Source: a bacterium (GTDB taxonomy: Bacteria > Bacteroidota > Bacteroidia > Bacteroidales > UBA1402). Taken from it: 64,000 bases of DNA. The notes beneath the pieces are model-generated. The model was given only the letters and a program-made list of their open reading frames with translations, made no database searches and had not been told where the DNA came from. Positions 20,808 through 30,784 of the stretch are shown here, one piece after another; positions within the stretch are counted from its first letter, which is position 1, and every line of letters begins with the position of its first letter. The DNA is taken from assembly GCA_963617485.1 (NCBI GenBank), contig CAVEPA010000002.1:111163-175162 (forward strand). Direction: 5' to 3'. Position numbers and translations under genes: made by a program.

Positions 20808-22292
20808 ATGCACAAAATTGGTTTCAACAACGATCTCTATCTGCAAACGCAGTCGGAGAAAATCATTGAAAGAATCTCGAAATTCGGAGGTAAACTTTAT
20901 CTCGAATTCGGAGGTAAACTTTTCGATGATTATCATGCTTCGAGAGTTTTGCCGGGTTTCGCTCCCGACAGTAAAATCAGGATGCTTGAAAAGCTGAAAG
21001 ACGAGGCGGAAGTGGTTATCACCATCAACGCCAACGACATTGAGAAGAACAAACTCCGTGGCGATTTGGGTATTACCTACGATATGGATGTCTTGCGTCT
21101 TATCGATGCTTTCCGTGGTTATGGGCTCTATGTCAGCAGCGTGGTGCTGAGCTGTTTCGAAGGACAGGCCAGTGCGGTAGCTTATCAGCACAAATTGGAA
21201 AAACTGGGCATCAAGGTGTACCGTCATTATCCTATTCCTGGATATCCCTCGAATGTACAGTACATTGTGAGCGATCAGGGTTATGGCAAGAACGATTACA
21301 TCGAAACGACGCGCCGTTTGGTGGTTGTTACGGCTCCTGGTCCGGGAAGCGGCAAGATGGCCACTTGTCTTTCGCAGATATATCACGACAGCAAAAGAGG
21401 CATCCGCGCAGGTTATGCAAAATTCGAAACTTTCCCCATTTGGAATCTTCCGCTCAAACATCCGGTTAATTTGGCTTACGAAGCCGCTACCGCAGATTTG
21501 AACGATGTAAATATGATAGACCCCTTCCATTTGGAAGCCTATGGTCAGACCACAATCAACTATAACCGTGATGTTGAGATTTTCCCGGTGCTGAACGCTA
21601 TGTTCGAGCATATTTTGGGAGCATCTCCTTACAAGTCGCCTACCGATATGGGTGTCAATATGGCCGGTAACTGCATCATCGATGATGAAGCTGTCTGTCA
21701 AGCTGCCCGCGATGAAATTGTGCGCCGATATTACCAAACACGTTGTGCCATTCGTAAGGGTATGGCCAGCGAAGAAGAAGTGTATAAACTGCAGTTGCTT
21801 ATGGAGCAAGCCAAGGTTGAACCTTCAAGCCGCAAGGTGGCCATCGCTGCCGTGAAAAAGGCCGAAGAAACTCAAGAGCCCGCCGCAGCCATTGAACTTC
21901 CCGACGGCACCATCGTTACGGGCAAGACCAGCAAGCTTTTGGGCGCTGCCGCTGCCATGTTGCTCAATGCACTGAAAGTTTTGGCCGGCATCAGCAAGGA
22001 CGTAGACATCATTTCGTCCGGAGTTATCGAACCCATCTGCCACTTGAAAGTGGAACATTTGGGCAACTCCAATCCCCGTCTGCATACCGATGAAGTGCTG
22101 ATTGCCCTTTCTATGTGTGCCATCCATGATGAATATGCCGAGAGAGCCATGGAGCAACTTTGCAATCTGCGTGGCTGTGAGGTACACACCAGTGTTATCC
22201 TTTCGCAGACCGATACCAATGTTTTCCGCAAGATTGGTGTCAATCTTACCAGCGAACCCGTCTACCAGACCAAGAAGCTTTATCACGGATAG
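20808..22292 (+). CDS. DUF1846 / UPF0371 family protein
   Basis: Starts MHKIGFNNDLYLQTQSEKIIERI...KLYLEFGGKLFDDYHASRVLPGF, which is the family-typical N-terminus. Length is 494 aa. Confidence 0.85.
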   Translation: MHKIGFNNDLYLQTQSEKIIERISKFGGKLYLEFGGKLFDDYHASRVLPGFAPDSKIRMLEKLKDEAEVVITINANDIEKNKLRGDLGITYDMDVLRLIDAFRGYGLYVSSVVLSCFEGQASAVAYQHKLEKLGIKVYRHYPIPGYPSNVQYIVSDQGYGKNDYIETTRRLVVVTAPGPGSGKMATCLSQIYHDSKRGIRAGYAKFETFPIWNLPLKHPVNLAYEAATADLNDVNMIDPFHLEAYGQTTINYNRDVEIFPVLNAMFEHILGASPYKSPTDMGVNMAGNCIIDDEAVCQAARDEIVRRYYQTRCAIRKGMASEEEVYKLQLLMEQAKVEPSSRKVAIAAVKKAEETQEPAAAIELPDGTIVTGKTSKLLGAAAAMLLNALKVLAGISKDVDIISSGVIEPICHLKVEHLGNSNPRLHTDEVLIALSMCAIHDEYAERAMEQLCNLRGCEVHTSVILSQTDTNVFRKIGVNLTSEPVYQTKKLYHG

Positions 22293-22312
22293 ACGCAAAG
22301 GACTGTCTATTG

Positions 22313-22362
22313 AAAGAAAAAGAGCGAGGCCGGGCAAATTTGCCCGGCCTCGCTTGTTGTTT
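22313..22362. terminator. Bidirectional intrinsic terminator between the convergent DUF1846 and xylA genes
   Basis: A perfect 30-nt palindrome, GCGAGGCCGGGCAAA/TTTGCCCGGCCTCGC (22324-22353), flanked by an A-rich run upstream and TTGTTGTTT downstream. Confidence 0.85.
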
Positions 22363-22375
22363 GAACCACTGCCGT

Positions 22376-23689
22376 TTAGCAGTACATGTTCACGATGGCT
22401 TCGTAGAGTTCCTGCTTGCCGCTGGTCTGTTTGGGTTCGCCATTCTTCTTGGCGTAAGCGTAAACATCTTCGAGCTTGAGCTTGCCGTCTTCGAAGTCCT
22501 TGCCCATACCCTTGTCGAAGGAAGCGTAACGTTCGGCAACCATTTGCTTGATAGGAGATTCTTCGAGCAACTTGGCTGCATTTTCGAGGGCACGTGCCAT
22601 GACATCCATACCGGCAATGTGGGCGATGAAGATGTCTTCCAAATCGGTGCTGTTACGACGGGTCTTGGCATCGAAGTTGGTACCGCCGTTACCGAAACCG
22701 CCGTTGCGGATAATCTGCATCATGGCTTGGATGAGTTCGTAGTTGTCGATGGGGAACTGGTCGGTGTCCCAACCGTTCTGGTAGTCGCCACGGTTGGCAT
22801 CGATAGAGCCGAGCATACCGGCATCAACAGCGCAAGCCAGTTCGTGTTCGAAGGTGTGGCCGGCGAGTGTGGCGTGGTTAACTTCGATATTTACTTTGAA
22901 GTCCTTGTCCAGGTTGTGGGCCTTGAGGAAGCCGATAACGGTCTCGGTATCAACATCGTACTGGTGTTTGGTGGGTTCCATAGGCTTGGGCTCGATGAGG
23001 AAGGTTCCCTTGAAACCCTTGGCGCGTGCATAGTCGCGAGCCATGGTGAGCATGGTGGCCATGTGCTCCTTCTCGCGCTTCTGGTCGGTGTTGAGCAGGC
23101 TCATATAGCCCTCGCGGCCGCCCCAGAATACATAGTTGGTACCGCCCAGTTCGATGGTAGCGTCGATGGCGTTCTTAATCTGCACCATAGCGCGGGCAAC
23201 AACATCAAAGTCGGGGTTGGTAGAAGCACCGTTCATATAACGCTTGTGGTTGAAAACGTTGGCGGTGCCCCACAGCAGCTTGATGCCGGTCTGTGCCTGC
23301 TTTTCCTTCAGATAAGCGACAATTTCCTTGAGGTTGTTTTCGTATTCATCGATAGAATTGCCTTCCGATACCAGGTCGACATCGTGGAAGCAATAGTATT
23401 CGATACCCAATTTCTGCATGATTTCGAAACCGGCGTCAGCCTTGTTTTTGGCAATTTGGATGGGGCAGCAACCTTCGTTCCAGGGGAAGGTCTTGGTGCC
23501 GCCGCCAAACTGGTCGCCACCTTCGGCGCAAAGTGTATGCCACCAGGCCATAGAAAATTTCAACCAATCCTTCATAGGCTTGCCTAGAATGATTTTTTCA
23601 GCGTCGTAATAACGGTAGGCGAAGGGGTTCGTAGACTTCACGCCTTCAAATTTGATTTTTCCAATTTCGGGAAAGAATTCTTTTGCCAT
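22376..23689 (-). CDS. xylA: Xylose isomerase
   Basis: Starts [16 protein letters not shown], with WWHT and FHDVD blocks. It is 438 aa from ATG 23689; the track adds 16 codons upstream. Confidence 0.95.
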   Translation of the reverse strand: MAKEFFPEIGKIKFEGVKSTNPFAYRYYDAEKIILGKPMKDWLKFSMAWWHTLCAEGGDQFGGGTKTFPWNEGCCPIQIAKNKADAGFEIMQKLGIEYYCFHDVDLVSEGNSIDEYENNLKEIVAYLKEKQAQTGIKLLWGTANVFNHKRYMNGASTNPDFDVVARAMVQIKNAIDATIELGGTNYVFWGGREGYMSLLNTDQKREKEHMATMLTMARDYARAKGFKGTFLIEPKPMEPTKHQYDVDTETVIGFLKAHNLDKDFKVNIEVNHATLAGHTFEHELACAVDAGMLGSIDANRGDYQNGWDTDQFPIDNYELIQAMMQIIRNGGFGNGGTNFDAKTRRNSTDLEDIFIAHIAGMDVMARALENAAKLLEESPIKQMVAERYASFDKGMGKDFEDGKLKLEDVYAYAKKNGEPKQTSGKQELYEAIVNMYC

Positions 23690-23718
23690 AGTCGTAAAAT
23701 TATAAGTGTTGATGTAGA

Positions 23719-25191
23719 TTAGAGATATGATTTCCAACGCAGGTAAGCTTCGGTATAGGCATCCTTGTCACCTGCAACTGGCTGAATGGTGTCCACTTTG
23801 CGCAGCGAAGCGAAAGCTTCTTGCGTAGTTTTGTAGATGCCCGCTCCGATACCGGCACCGCGTGCAGCGCCGATAGACCCATCCGTGTCGTAAAGCTCGA
23901 TTTGCGCACCCGTGAGGCCTGCCAGTGTATGGCAGAAAATGGGACTGAGAAACATATTGGCCTTGCCAGCGCGAATAAGCTTCGTTTCGATACCCATGGC
24001 ATTCATTATTTCCATGCCGTAGGCAAAGGCAAAGACGATGCCTTCCTGGGTGGCGCGCAGTAGATGAGCCTGCCCGTGACGATTGAATTGCAGTCCGTGG
24101 ATGCTGCAGGCACCGGCCTTGTTCTCGAACATACGCTCGTTGCCGTTGCCGAACGGAAGCACAGAAACACCGTCGCTGCCGATGGGGGCTTGGGCGGCAA
24201 TATCGTTCAGGTCGGCATAAGAAATGGTGTTGGAGGCACTGTTGCGTTTCATCCAAGCGTTCATGATGCCCGTCCCGTTGATGCAGAGCAGTACGCCGAT
24301 ACGAGTCAGCGAGGCGCTGTGGTTGACGTGCGCAAAACTGTTGACGCGCGATTTGGCATCGTAGTTGATATGACCATTCACGCCGTACACCACACCGGAA
24401 GTCCCGGCCGTTGCAGCCACTTCGCCCGGGTTGAAAACATTGAGCGACAAGGCGTTGTTTGGCTGGTCGCCGCCACGGTAACAAACTGGGATACCAGCCC
24501 TAAGCCCCAGTTCGGCGGCGGCCTGCGCTGTCAGTTCGCCCTGGTTGGCAAAACTGGGCAGAACCTGTGGTATCCATTGACGGTCGATGCCGTAGTAGTC
24601 GAGCAGAAAGTCGGCCGGACGGTTGCTCTGGAAGTCCCACATAATGCCTTCGGACAAACCCGAGGCCGTGGTGCAGCACTCACCCGTCAGGCGCAGGGCA
24701 ATGTAGTCGCCAGGCAACATTAATTTGTCGATTTTATCGAAGATTTCCGGCTCATTTTCCTTGACCCAAGCCAACTTCGAGGCTGTGAAGTTGCCGGGCG
24801 AGTTCAGCAGGTGCGAGAGGCACTTTTCTTCGCCGATCTCCTTGAAGGCTTTTTCGCCGTAAGGGACGGCGCGTGAGTCGCACCAAATGATGGCGGGCCT
24901 CAGCAACTGTCGCTTTTTGTCAACCAGTACAAGTCCGTGCATCTGGTAAGAGATGCCTATGCCGGCAATGTCTTTGGCGTCGATTTTGGCCGTTGCCAGC
25001 ACTTCTTGGTTGGCGGCTTTCAAGTTTTCCCACCAAGCATTGGGGTCTTGTTCGGCCCAACCTGTTTGCTTGGCCAGGATGGTCATTTCTTTTTTTGGAT
25101 AGAAGGCCGAGGCCAGACAGTTCCCGTTTTGTGCATCGATAAGGCAAGCCTTTACCGACGAGCTTCCTACGTCGAATCCTAAGAGATACAT
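23719..25191 (-). CDS. xylB: FGGY-family carbohydrate kinase, xylulokinase
   Basis: 490 aa starting [20 protein letters not shown]- and C-terminal domain blocks are present. It sits directly upstream of xylA. Confidence 0.85.
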   Translation of the reverse strand: MYLLGFDVGSSSVKACLIDAQNGNCLASAFYPKKEMTILAKQTGWAEQDPNAWWENLKAANQEVLATAKIDAKDIAGIGISYQMHGLVLVDKKRQLLRPAIIWCDSRAVPYGEKAFKEIGEEKCLSHLLNSPGNFTASKLAWVKENEPEIFDKIDKLMLPGDYIALRLTGECCTTASGLSEGIMWDFQSNRPADFLLDYYGIDRQWIPQVLPSFANQGELTAQAAAELGLRAGIPVCYRGGDQPNNALSLNVFNPGEVAATAGTSGVVYGVNGHINYDAKSRVNSFAHVNHSASLTRIGVLLCINGTGIMNAWMKRNSASNTISYADLNDIAAQAPIGSDGVSVLPFGNGNERMFENKAGACSIHGLQFNRHGQAHLLRATQEGIVFAFAYGMEIMNAMGIETKLIRAGKANMFLSPIFCHTLAGLTGAQIELYDTDGSIGAARGAGIGAGIYKTTQEAFASLRKVDTIQPVAGDKDAYTEAYLRWKSYL

Positions 25192-25193
25192 AA

Positions 25194-26336
25194 TTAGTTG
25201 ATTTTGTGAGATCCGACTCCGATTTTAACCTCATAAACCTTGGGAGCCTTGCGGAACTTCTGTTTATAGCTTTCAATGGCCTCGTGGATGAACCTTTCGT
25301 GGTCTTCCTCGCGAAGGAAGTTGATGGTGCAACCGCCGAAACCGCCTCCCATCATTCTGGCACCGAGTACGCCGTTCTTGCGGGCTACCTCCACCAGAAA
25401 ATCGGATTCTTCGCAGCTGACATTATACTCTTTGCTTAGACCTTCGTGCGATGCGTACATCAGTTCACCGAACTTGGCGTAGTCGCCGTGGTTCAAGGCA
25501 TCCATGGCCATTTCCACGCGCATATTCTCTTGAATGACGTATTGGCATCGGCGGAAAGTGCTTTCTTTCAACTGTTTCTTGTACTGCTGAAGCATATCCA
25601 GCGTGACATCGCGCAAAAGACTTACCAGCGGATAATCTTTCTTGATGCAGGCAACGCCCTCTTCACATTCGCTGCGGCGGATATTGTATTCCGATGCGGC
25701 CAGATTGTGTTTGACTTGCGTATCGACCAGCACCAGACGACAATTTTCGGGATGGAAAGGCACCAAGTCGTATTCCAGAGAACGGCAGTCGAGGCGTATC
25801 AGATGGCCTTCTTCACCGAAAACCGAAGCGAACTGGTCCATGATGCCGCAACGTACGCCAACGGCATTGTGTTCGGCAGCCTGGCCAATTTGAGCCATAT
25901 CCATTTTGCTGAGTTTCAAGTCGAAAAGGTCGTTCAAGGCAAAGCAGAAAGTCGATTCCAGCGCAGCCGAAGTGGACAGGCCCGAACCAATGGGAATATC
26001 GCCGCCGAAAACAGCGTTGAAACCGCCTATCTTGAGCCCCCTCTTCTGGATTTCCTGTACCACACCGTAAATGTAAAGCGCCCAGGAACAGTAGGGTCTT
26101 TCATCGAGCGCGAACTCTTCGGTCTCCTTCATGTCGTAGGAGTATACGTTGATGGTATTGGTTCCGTTGGGTTGGATGGCTGTCACGATAACCTTGTCGA
26201 TGGCACCCGGAAAAACGAAACCGCCGTTGTAGTCGGTGTGTTCGCCAATCAGGTTGACGCGGCCGGGCGAGGCGTAGAGGTGATATTCCTTACCGTAACG
26301 CTTCTCGAACTGATGGGAAATGAACGAAGTTTCCAT
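25194..26336 (-). CDS. galK: Galactokinase
   Basis: Contains the galactokinase signature GRVNLIGEHTDYNGG and the GHMP motif PIGSGLSTSAAL. Confidence 0.95.
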   Translation of the reverse strand: METSFISHQFEKRYGKEYHLYASPGRVNLIGEHTDYNGGFVFPGAIDKVIVTAIQPNGTNTINVYSYDMKETEEFALDERPYCSWALYIYGVVQEIQKRGLKIGGFNAVFGGDIPIGSGLSTSAALESTFCFALNDLFDLKLSKMDMAQIGQAAEHNAVGVRCGIMDQFASVFGEEGHLIRLDCRSLEYDLVPFHPENCRLVLVDTQVKHNLAASEYNIRRSECEEGVACIKKDYPLVSLLRDVTLDMLQQYKKQLKESTFRRCQYVIQENMRVEMAMDALNHGDYAKFGELMYASHEGLSKEYNVSCEESDFLVEVARKNGVLGARMMGGGFGGCTINFLREEDHERFIHEAIESYKQKFRKAPKVYEVKIGVGSHKIN

Positions 26337-26339
26337 AGT

Positions 26340-27245
26340 TTACCAGAGTTTGGAAGGATAAACACCGGCCTTTATAAGCGAAGCAATCTTGTCAACGACA
26401 TACTGACGGTCGGCAGCATAAGTGACACCGAACCATTTTGAGGGCGTGTCAAGAACTTCGCAGCAGACCTTGCCTTCGCAGATAAGGTTGTTTACTACCC
26501 AAGGAATATAGAATTCGGCTTTCTCGGCTTGCAGATTGGCATCGAGGAACTTGCGGAAATTCTCTTCGGAATAGGCGAAATAGTCGGGAGAGAAGCCCCA
26601 CATGTTCATGGAAACGGGCGTGTTTTCCGCTACAGCCACCATCTCGCCGTTTTCATCTTTGTATTTGACCAGACCGTCGGTATCACGAATGATGTAAGTG
26701 CGCTCAACTACGCCCGTAAGCATATTTTTGTCGTCCTTTTGGCAGATGCCGCGGGCTACGGAACCGCTCTCGGAAAGCGTGTTGCCGACGCGGTAGCCCA
26801 CCATGCAGTAGTGGTTTTGCTTGTTTTCGATAGTCTTGAGAAAATCGGCCAAGACCTGAAAGCTTTCCTTGCCGTAGAAGTCGTCGGCATTGATGACGGC
26901 AAAGGGTTCCTTGATGACATCCTTGCCCATCAGCACGGCGTGGTTGGTACCCCAAGGCTTGGTCCTTTCGGCCGGACAAGTATAGCCTTCGGGCAGATAA
27001 GACGTTTCCTGGAAAACGATTTCCACGGGAAGGACGCCTTGATATTTGCTGGCAATCTTGCTGCGGAAGTCTTCTTCGAAAGAATGACGGATAACGAATA
27101 CAATCTTGCCGAAGCCGGCGCGAGCAGCATCAAACACCGAATAGTCCATAATGGTTTCGCCGTTGGGACCAAGTCCGTCCAGCTGCTTAAGTCCTCCGTA
27201 GCGGCTACCCATGCCTGCTGCCAGAATAAACAAAGTGGGTTTCAT
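26340..27245 (-). CDS. Sugar-phosphate nucleotidyltransferase family protein (substrate unknown)
   Basis: 301 aa with LAAGMGSRYGGLKQLD, a G-x-G-S/T-R NTP-transferase loop. It is the first gene of a 4-gene operon with 3-30 nt gaps. Confidence 0.65.
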   Translation of the reverse strand: MKPTLFILAAGMGSRYGGLKQLDGLGPNGETIMDYSVFDAARAGFGKIVFVIRHSFEEDFRSKIASKYQGVLPVEIVFQETSYLPEGYTCPAERTKPWGTNHAVLMGKDVIKEPFAVINADDFYGKESFQVLADFLKTIENKQNHYCMVGYRVGNTLSESGSVARGICQKDDKNMLTGVVERTYIIRDTDGLVKYKDENGEMVAVAENTPVSMNMWGFSPDYFAYSEENFRKFLDANLQAEKAEFYIPWVVNNLICEGKVCCEVLDTPSKWFGVTYAADRQYVVDKIASLIKAGVYPSKLW

Positions 27246-27280
27246 ATCGATATGTTTTTAGTAAGATTCATTTAGACCTA

Positions 27281-27288
27281 CAAAATTA
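27281..27288 (-). promoter_or_regulatory. -7 promoter element (TAATTTTG) for the nucleotidyltransferase-galK-xylB-xylA operon
   Basis: Plus-strand caaaatta, 36 nt upstream of the ATG at 27245. Confidence 0.5.
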
Positions 27289-27301
27289 AGGCATAATTGC
27301 T

Positions 27302-27309
27302 TACCTTTG
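27302..27309 (+). promoter_or_regulatory. -7 promoter element (TACCTTTG) for the PPIase/M16 operon
   Basis: tacctttg lies 44 nt upstream of the ATG at 27353. Confidence 0.5.
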
Positions 27310-27352
27310 TCGCGCCTAGGGCGGAATCTTTGACGCTTTAGGGGGATTTTTT

Positions 27353-28159
27353 ATGAAAAAAGCGACAATTTTATTTTTTACTCTCTTAATATCGCTCAGT
27401 ATGACGGCAGAAACCAAGATTCTCATCGAGACTTCGATGGGAAATATCGTAATTCGTCTTTACGACGACACTCCACAACATCGTGACAACTTCATCAAGC
27501 TGGTAGAAAGCGGCTACTACAACGACCTCCTCTTCCACAGGGTCATCAAAGACTTTATGATACAGGGCGGCGATCCCGATTCCAAGGGCGCTCCGGCTTC
27601 CAAGCAACTGGGCGCAGGCGGCCCGGGCTATACCATTCCGGCAGAATTTGTCTATCCCAAGCATTTCCACAAACGCGGTGCTTTGTCTGCCGCCCGTCAG
27701 GCCGATCAGGTGAATCCCAAGAAAGAATCATCGGGTTCGCAGTTCTACATCGTTTGGGGTCAGGTTTTCAACGAAGAACAGTTCCAGCAGATGGAAGCCC
27801 AGAAACAGGAACAGGCCAAGGCGGCTTATTTTCAGAAACTGGCAGCTGAACGTCAAGTCGAAATTCGTCGTATGTATATGAACGGCGACCAAGCCGGTCT
27901 CAACAAACTGCAGAACGAACTTATTGCCCAAATGGAGGCTTATTTTGCCCAGCATCCTATGGGAGAAATGTTTACCAAAGAACAAAAGGAAGCTTATACG
28001 ACGATAGGAGGCACACCCCATCTCGACAACGAATACACCGTTTTCGGCGAGGTGGTGGAAGGTCTCGATGTGGTAGACAAGATACAACAATGCGCCACCG
28101 GCCAGGCCGATCGTCCCAAGCAGGATATCAAAATGAAGATGAGTCTGCTCAAAGACTGA
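27353..28159 (+). CDS. Secreted cyclophilin-type peptidyl-prolyl cis-trans isomerase with a helical insertion
   Basis: Has a signal peptide. Contains FHRVIKDFMIQGGDP and GSQFYIV cyclophilin blocks. Confidence 0.9.
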   Translation: MKKATILFFTLLISLSMTAETKILIETSMGNIVIRLYDDTPQHRDNFIKLVESGYYNDLLFHRVIKDFMIQGGDPDSKGAPASKQLGAGGPGYTIPAEFVYPKHFHKRGALSAARQADQVNPKKESSGSQFYIVWGQVFNEEQFQQMEAQKQEQAKAAYFQKLAAERQVEIRRMYMNGDQAGLNKLQNELIAQMEAYFAQHPMGEMFTKEQKEAYTTIGGTPHLDNEYTVFGEVVEGLDVVDKIQQCATGQADRPKQDIKMKMSLLKD

Positions 28160-28160
28160 G

Positions 28161-29414
28161 ATGAGAATAGACAGGCACACCTTCCCCAACGGTCTTCGTT
28201 TGCTGCATTATCTCGATGAAAACACGCAAATGGTCACCGTCAACCTGATGTACAACGTCGGTTCCAAAGACGAGCATCCCGACCATACGGGTTTCGCGCA
28301 TCTTTTCGAGCATCTGATGTTTGCCGGGTCGGCCCATGTGCCCGATTTCGATACTTTGGTGCAGCGGGCTTCGGGCGAGAACAATGCCTGGACCAGCACC
28401 GATGTGACCAATTATTACATTACGTTGCCCGCCCACAACCTCGAAACGGCTCTCTATCTGGAAAGCGACCGTATGCAGGCGCTCAACATCAATCAAGATA
28501 GTCTGGATGTTCAAAAACAGGTGGTCTGCGAAGAATTCAAACAGCGCTTGCTGAACCAGCCCTATGGCGATGTGTCGCTGTTGATGCGGCCTATGGTGTA
28601 CGGCAATCATCCTTACGCTTGGCCTACCATTGGCAAAAGTCTCGAGCATATCCGGCAATTCAACCTGAAAGATGTGCGTGAGTTCTATCAGCGTTTTTAT
28701 GCTCCCGACAATGCGATGCTGTCCATTTGTGGCAATGTGTCTTTTGAACGTGCCGTGGAACTGGTTGGCAAATACTTCGGAGACATCCCTCCCAAAAGAC
28801 TGCCCAAGCGCCAGATTTCTCCGATGAAAAGGCAAAATTCTATGCAGAGAATGGAGGTGACGCGCCCTGTCCCCATGGATGCCATCTACAAATATTGGCA
28901 TGCGCCCGCTTTCGGGGAAAAAGGCTATGAGGCCTGCGACCTGTTGACCGATATTCTGGCTGGTGGACGTTCTGCCCGTCTGTTCCAGCGTTTGGTAAAA
29001 GACCGCCGCCGTTTCAGCGCTTTGGATATCTATGTCGGCGGCGAATGTGAACCGGGCGGTGGCAGCATCCAGTTTTGTGGCAAGCCTTTTCTGAATGTAA
29101 GTATGGAAGAGGCTGAAGCCGCCTTGCTGGAGGAACTGCAATTGCTGGCAGTGGAGGCTGTAAGTTCCGATGAATTGGTAAAAGTGAAGAACAAATACGA
29201 ATCGGCATTTCTGTTCCGCAACACTAATTGCCAGCATGTGGCCACGCAGTTGTGCTGGTACGAACTGGTCTCCAAGGCTGAAGATTACCAGGACGCTTTC
29301 CATCGCACCATGGAGCTATCGGCAAGCGCCTTGAAAGAAATGGCAGCAGCCGTTTTCCGCGAAGAAAACTGCTCTACACTCTATTATCGTGCCGACTCCA
29401 CCGAAAAATCATGA
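28161..29414 (+). CDS. M16 (pitrilysin/insulinase) family zinc peptidase
   Basis: Has the inverted zincin motif HLFEHLMF (HxxEH). Length is 417 aa. Confidence 0.85.
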   Translation: MRIDRHTFPNGLRLLHYLDENTQMVTVNLMYNVGSKDEHPDHTGFAHLFEHLMFAGSAHVPDFDTLVQRASGENNAWTSTDVTNYYITLPAHNLETALYLESDRMQALNINQDSLDVQKQVVCEEFKQRLLNQPYGDVSLLMRPMVYGNHPYAWPTIGKSLEHIRQFNLKDVREFYQRFYAPDNAMLSICGNVSFERAVELVGKYFGDIPPKRLPKRQISPMKRQNSMQRMEVTRPVPMDAIYKYWHAPAFGEKGYEACDLLTDILAGGRSARLFQRLVKDRRRFSALDIYVGGECEPGGGSIQFCGKPFLNVSMEEAEAALLEELQLLAVEAVSSDELVKVKNKYESAFLFRNTNCQHVATQLCWYELVSKAEDYQDAFHRTMELSASALKEMAAAVFREENCSTLYYRADSTEKS

Positions 29415-29929
29415 ATGGCAAAAAGACGGTTTTTGCCCGCAACTGCTGTGTCCGAAAAATAGACAAGGCGCTTGCCGACAGCTTCCTGTCGGAAAATCAC
29501 CTATTCGGCACTGCCGCAAGCCGTTACCGTTACGGGCTGTTCATTGCCCGCAATGGCAAGCATTCATCGCAATTTCCCATAGGAACGCTGGTGGCGGTGG
29601 CCCTGTTTTCGGCTCCCCGCAACTGGACCAAGGACGGGCATAGGGTGCGTTCGTACGAATGGGTGCGCTATGCATCCTTGAACGATTGGCGAATTTGCGG
29701 TGGAATGGGGAAAATGCTGCAGCACTTCATCGAGGAAAAGCATCCCGATGATATCATGACCTATGCTCCTGCTCCCTTTGATGGAGCGGTGTACCTTAAA
29801 TTAGGATTTGTAGAGGAAGGCGTAAAGGATTTCGGCAACGGCAACTATAGCCGCAAGTTCCGTCTGACCTTGTTTCCGCCGCTCGGTGAAGTAGCCCCGC
29901 CGGGAATCGAACCCGGATCAACGGTTTAG
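29411..29929 (+). CDS. Hypothetical protein, possibly with a GNAT-like acetyltransferase fold
   Basis: 172 aa. The ATG overlaps the M16 stop (ATGA). The region GGMGKMLQHFIEE...GAVYLKLGFVEEG resembles a GNAT core. The last ~13 codons are encoded antisense to tRNA-Arg. Confidence 0.4.
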   Translation: MNGKKTVFARNCCVRKIDKALADSFLSENHLFGTAASRYRYGLFIARNGKHSSQFPIGTLVAVALFSAPRNWTKDGHRVRSYEWVRYASLNDWRICGGMGKMLQHFIEEKHPDDIMTYAPAPFDGAVYLKLGFVEEGVKDFGNGNYSRKFRLTLFPPLGEVAPPGIEPGSTV

Positions 29930-29963
29930 GAAACCGCGATTCTATCCATTGAACTACAGGGCC
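29892..29963 (-). tRNA. tRNA-Arg (anticodon CCT)
   Basis: Hand-folded 72-nt cloverleaf: acceptor GGCCCTG/CGGGGCT, anticodon loop TTCCTAA, T-arm CCGGG-TTCGATT-CCCGG. No CCA is encoded. Confidence 0.9.
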
Positions 29964-29996
29964 GGGCGGTGCGTGCCGCGAAGCGCAAAGCGACAG

Positions 29997-30004
29997 CAAA
30001 AGTA
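29997..30004 (-). promoter_or_regulatory. -7 promoter element (TACTTTTG) for tRNA-Arg(CCT)
   Basis: Plus-strand caaaagta, 34 nt upstream of the tRNA 5' end. Confidence 0.45.
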
Positions 30005-30055
30005 CGATTAATATTTTAGCTGGCAAAGCGATTTCTTCGAAGCTGGCAGATCCTT

Positions 30056-30781
30056 CTAGCCTTCGAAGAGTTCTTGCATGATGTCGAGCGACCTGATGAC
30101 CGGGAAATCATTCAGGTGTAAGCGGTAATAATCGAGCAGGGTATCGAGCAGTTTTCTGCGTTGAAATCGGGAAAAACGACAGCTTGCCGCTTGCTCGAAG
30201 CGTAGTTGTTGTAACAGGACAAAATCGGCCGATTCTTGCTGGTTCATCCAATAAGGATGATTGGGCGGGAAGGGTACAAAGCATCCGGCCATCAAGTCGA
30301 AATACCAGTCGGGCTTGTCGTCTTCCAGATTGGGCATAATACCCAGATGCCGACTCAGTTGCGAGAGAAAAATAAGATGAAAATTGGCTTTGCCATCGTC
30401 CATGGCATCGAGCAGCTGTATACTCTCGCAGAGAAAGCCAAATAGCGCTTCATTGGGTTCTGCTTCTTGCAGCACACGGTACAACACTTCCGATAAAAAC
30501 AGGGCTATGCTGTTCTTCACAGGGTCGAAGGGGATACTGCGAAATGCGTAGTAACTATGACTTTCCCGCAGACGCTGCAACTCTCGGCTTTCTTTGTGTT
30601 CGGCCTGGTAATTGATAAGGCTCAGCGGCTCGAAAAAAGCGTTGCCCAAACTGCCACGTTTCTTGTGACAGGCGGCTATATAGGACATCCGGCCGAAATC
30701 GCGGCTATACAAGTGGACAATCAGATTTTTGTCGTCGTACTTGATTTTGTGCAGCACGATGGCATCGCTCTCGACCAGCAT
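30056..30781 (-). CDS. recO: DNA repair protein RecO
   Basis: 241 aa. The N-terminal OB-fold region is MLVESDAIVLHKIKYDDKNLIVHLYSRDFGRMSY. Length and layout are typical of Bacteroidetes RecO. Confidence 0.8.
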   Translation of the reverse strand: MLVESDAIVLHKIKYDDKNLIVHLYSRDFGRMSYIAACHKKRGSLGNAFFEPLSLINYQAEHKESRELQRLRESHSYYAFRSIPFDPVKNSIALFLSEVLYRVLQEAEPNEALFGFLCESIQLLDAMDDGKANFHLIFLSQLSRHLGIMPNLEDDKPDWYFDLMAGCFVPFPPNHPYWMNQQESADFVLLQQLRFEQAASCRFSRFQRRKLLDTLLDYYRLHLNDFPVIRSLDIMQELFEG

Positions 30782-30784
30782 CTG

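Noticed and set aside
20881-20922. An 18-nt perfect direct repeat (AATTCGGAGGTAAACTTT) with a 24-nt period inside the DUF1846 gene, encoding KFGGKLY/EFGGKLF.
   Set aside because: The repeat is in frame, and as far as I recall the doubled FGGKL motif (…KLYLEFGGKLFDD…) is a normal conserved feature of the family N-terminus. It is more likely an ancient motif with shared codon choice than a recent duplication or slippage site. An alignment with orthologues would settle it.
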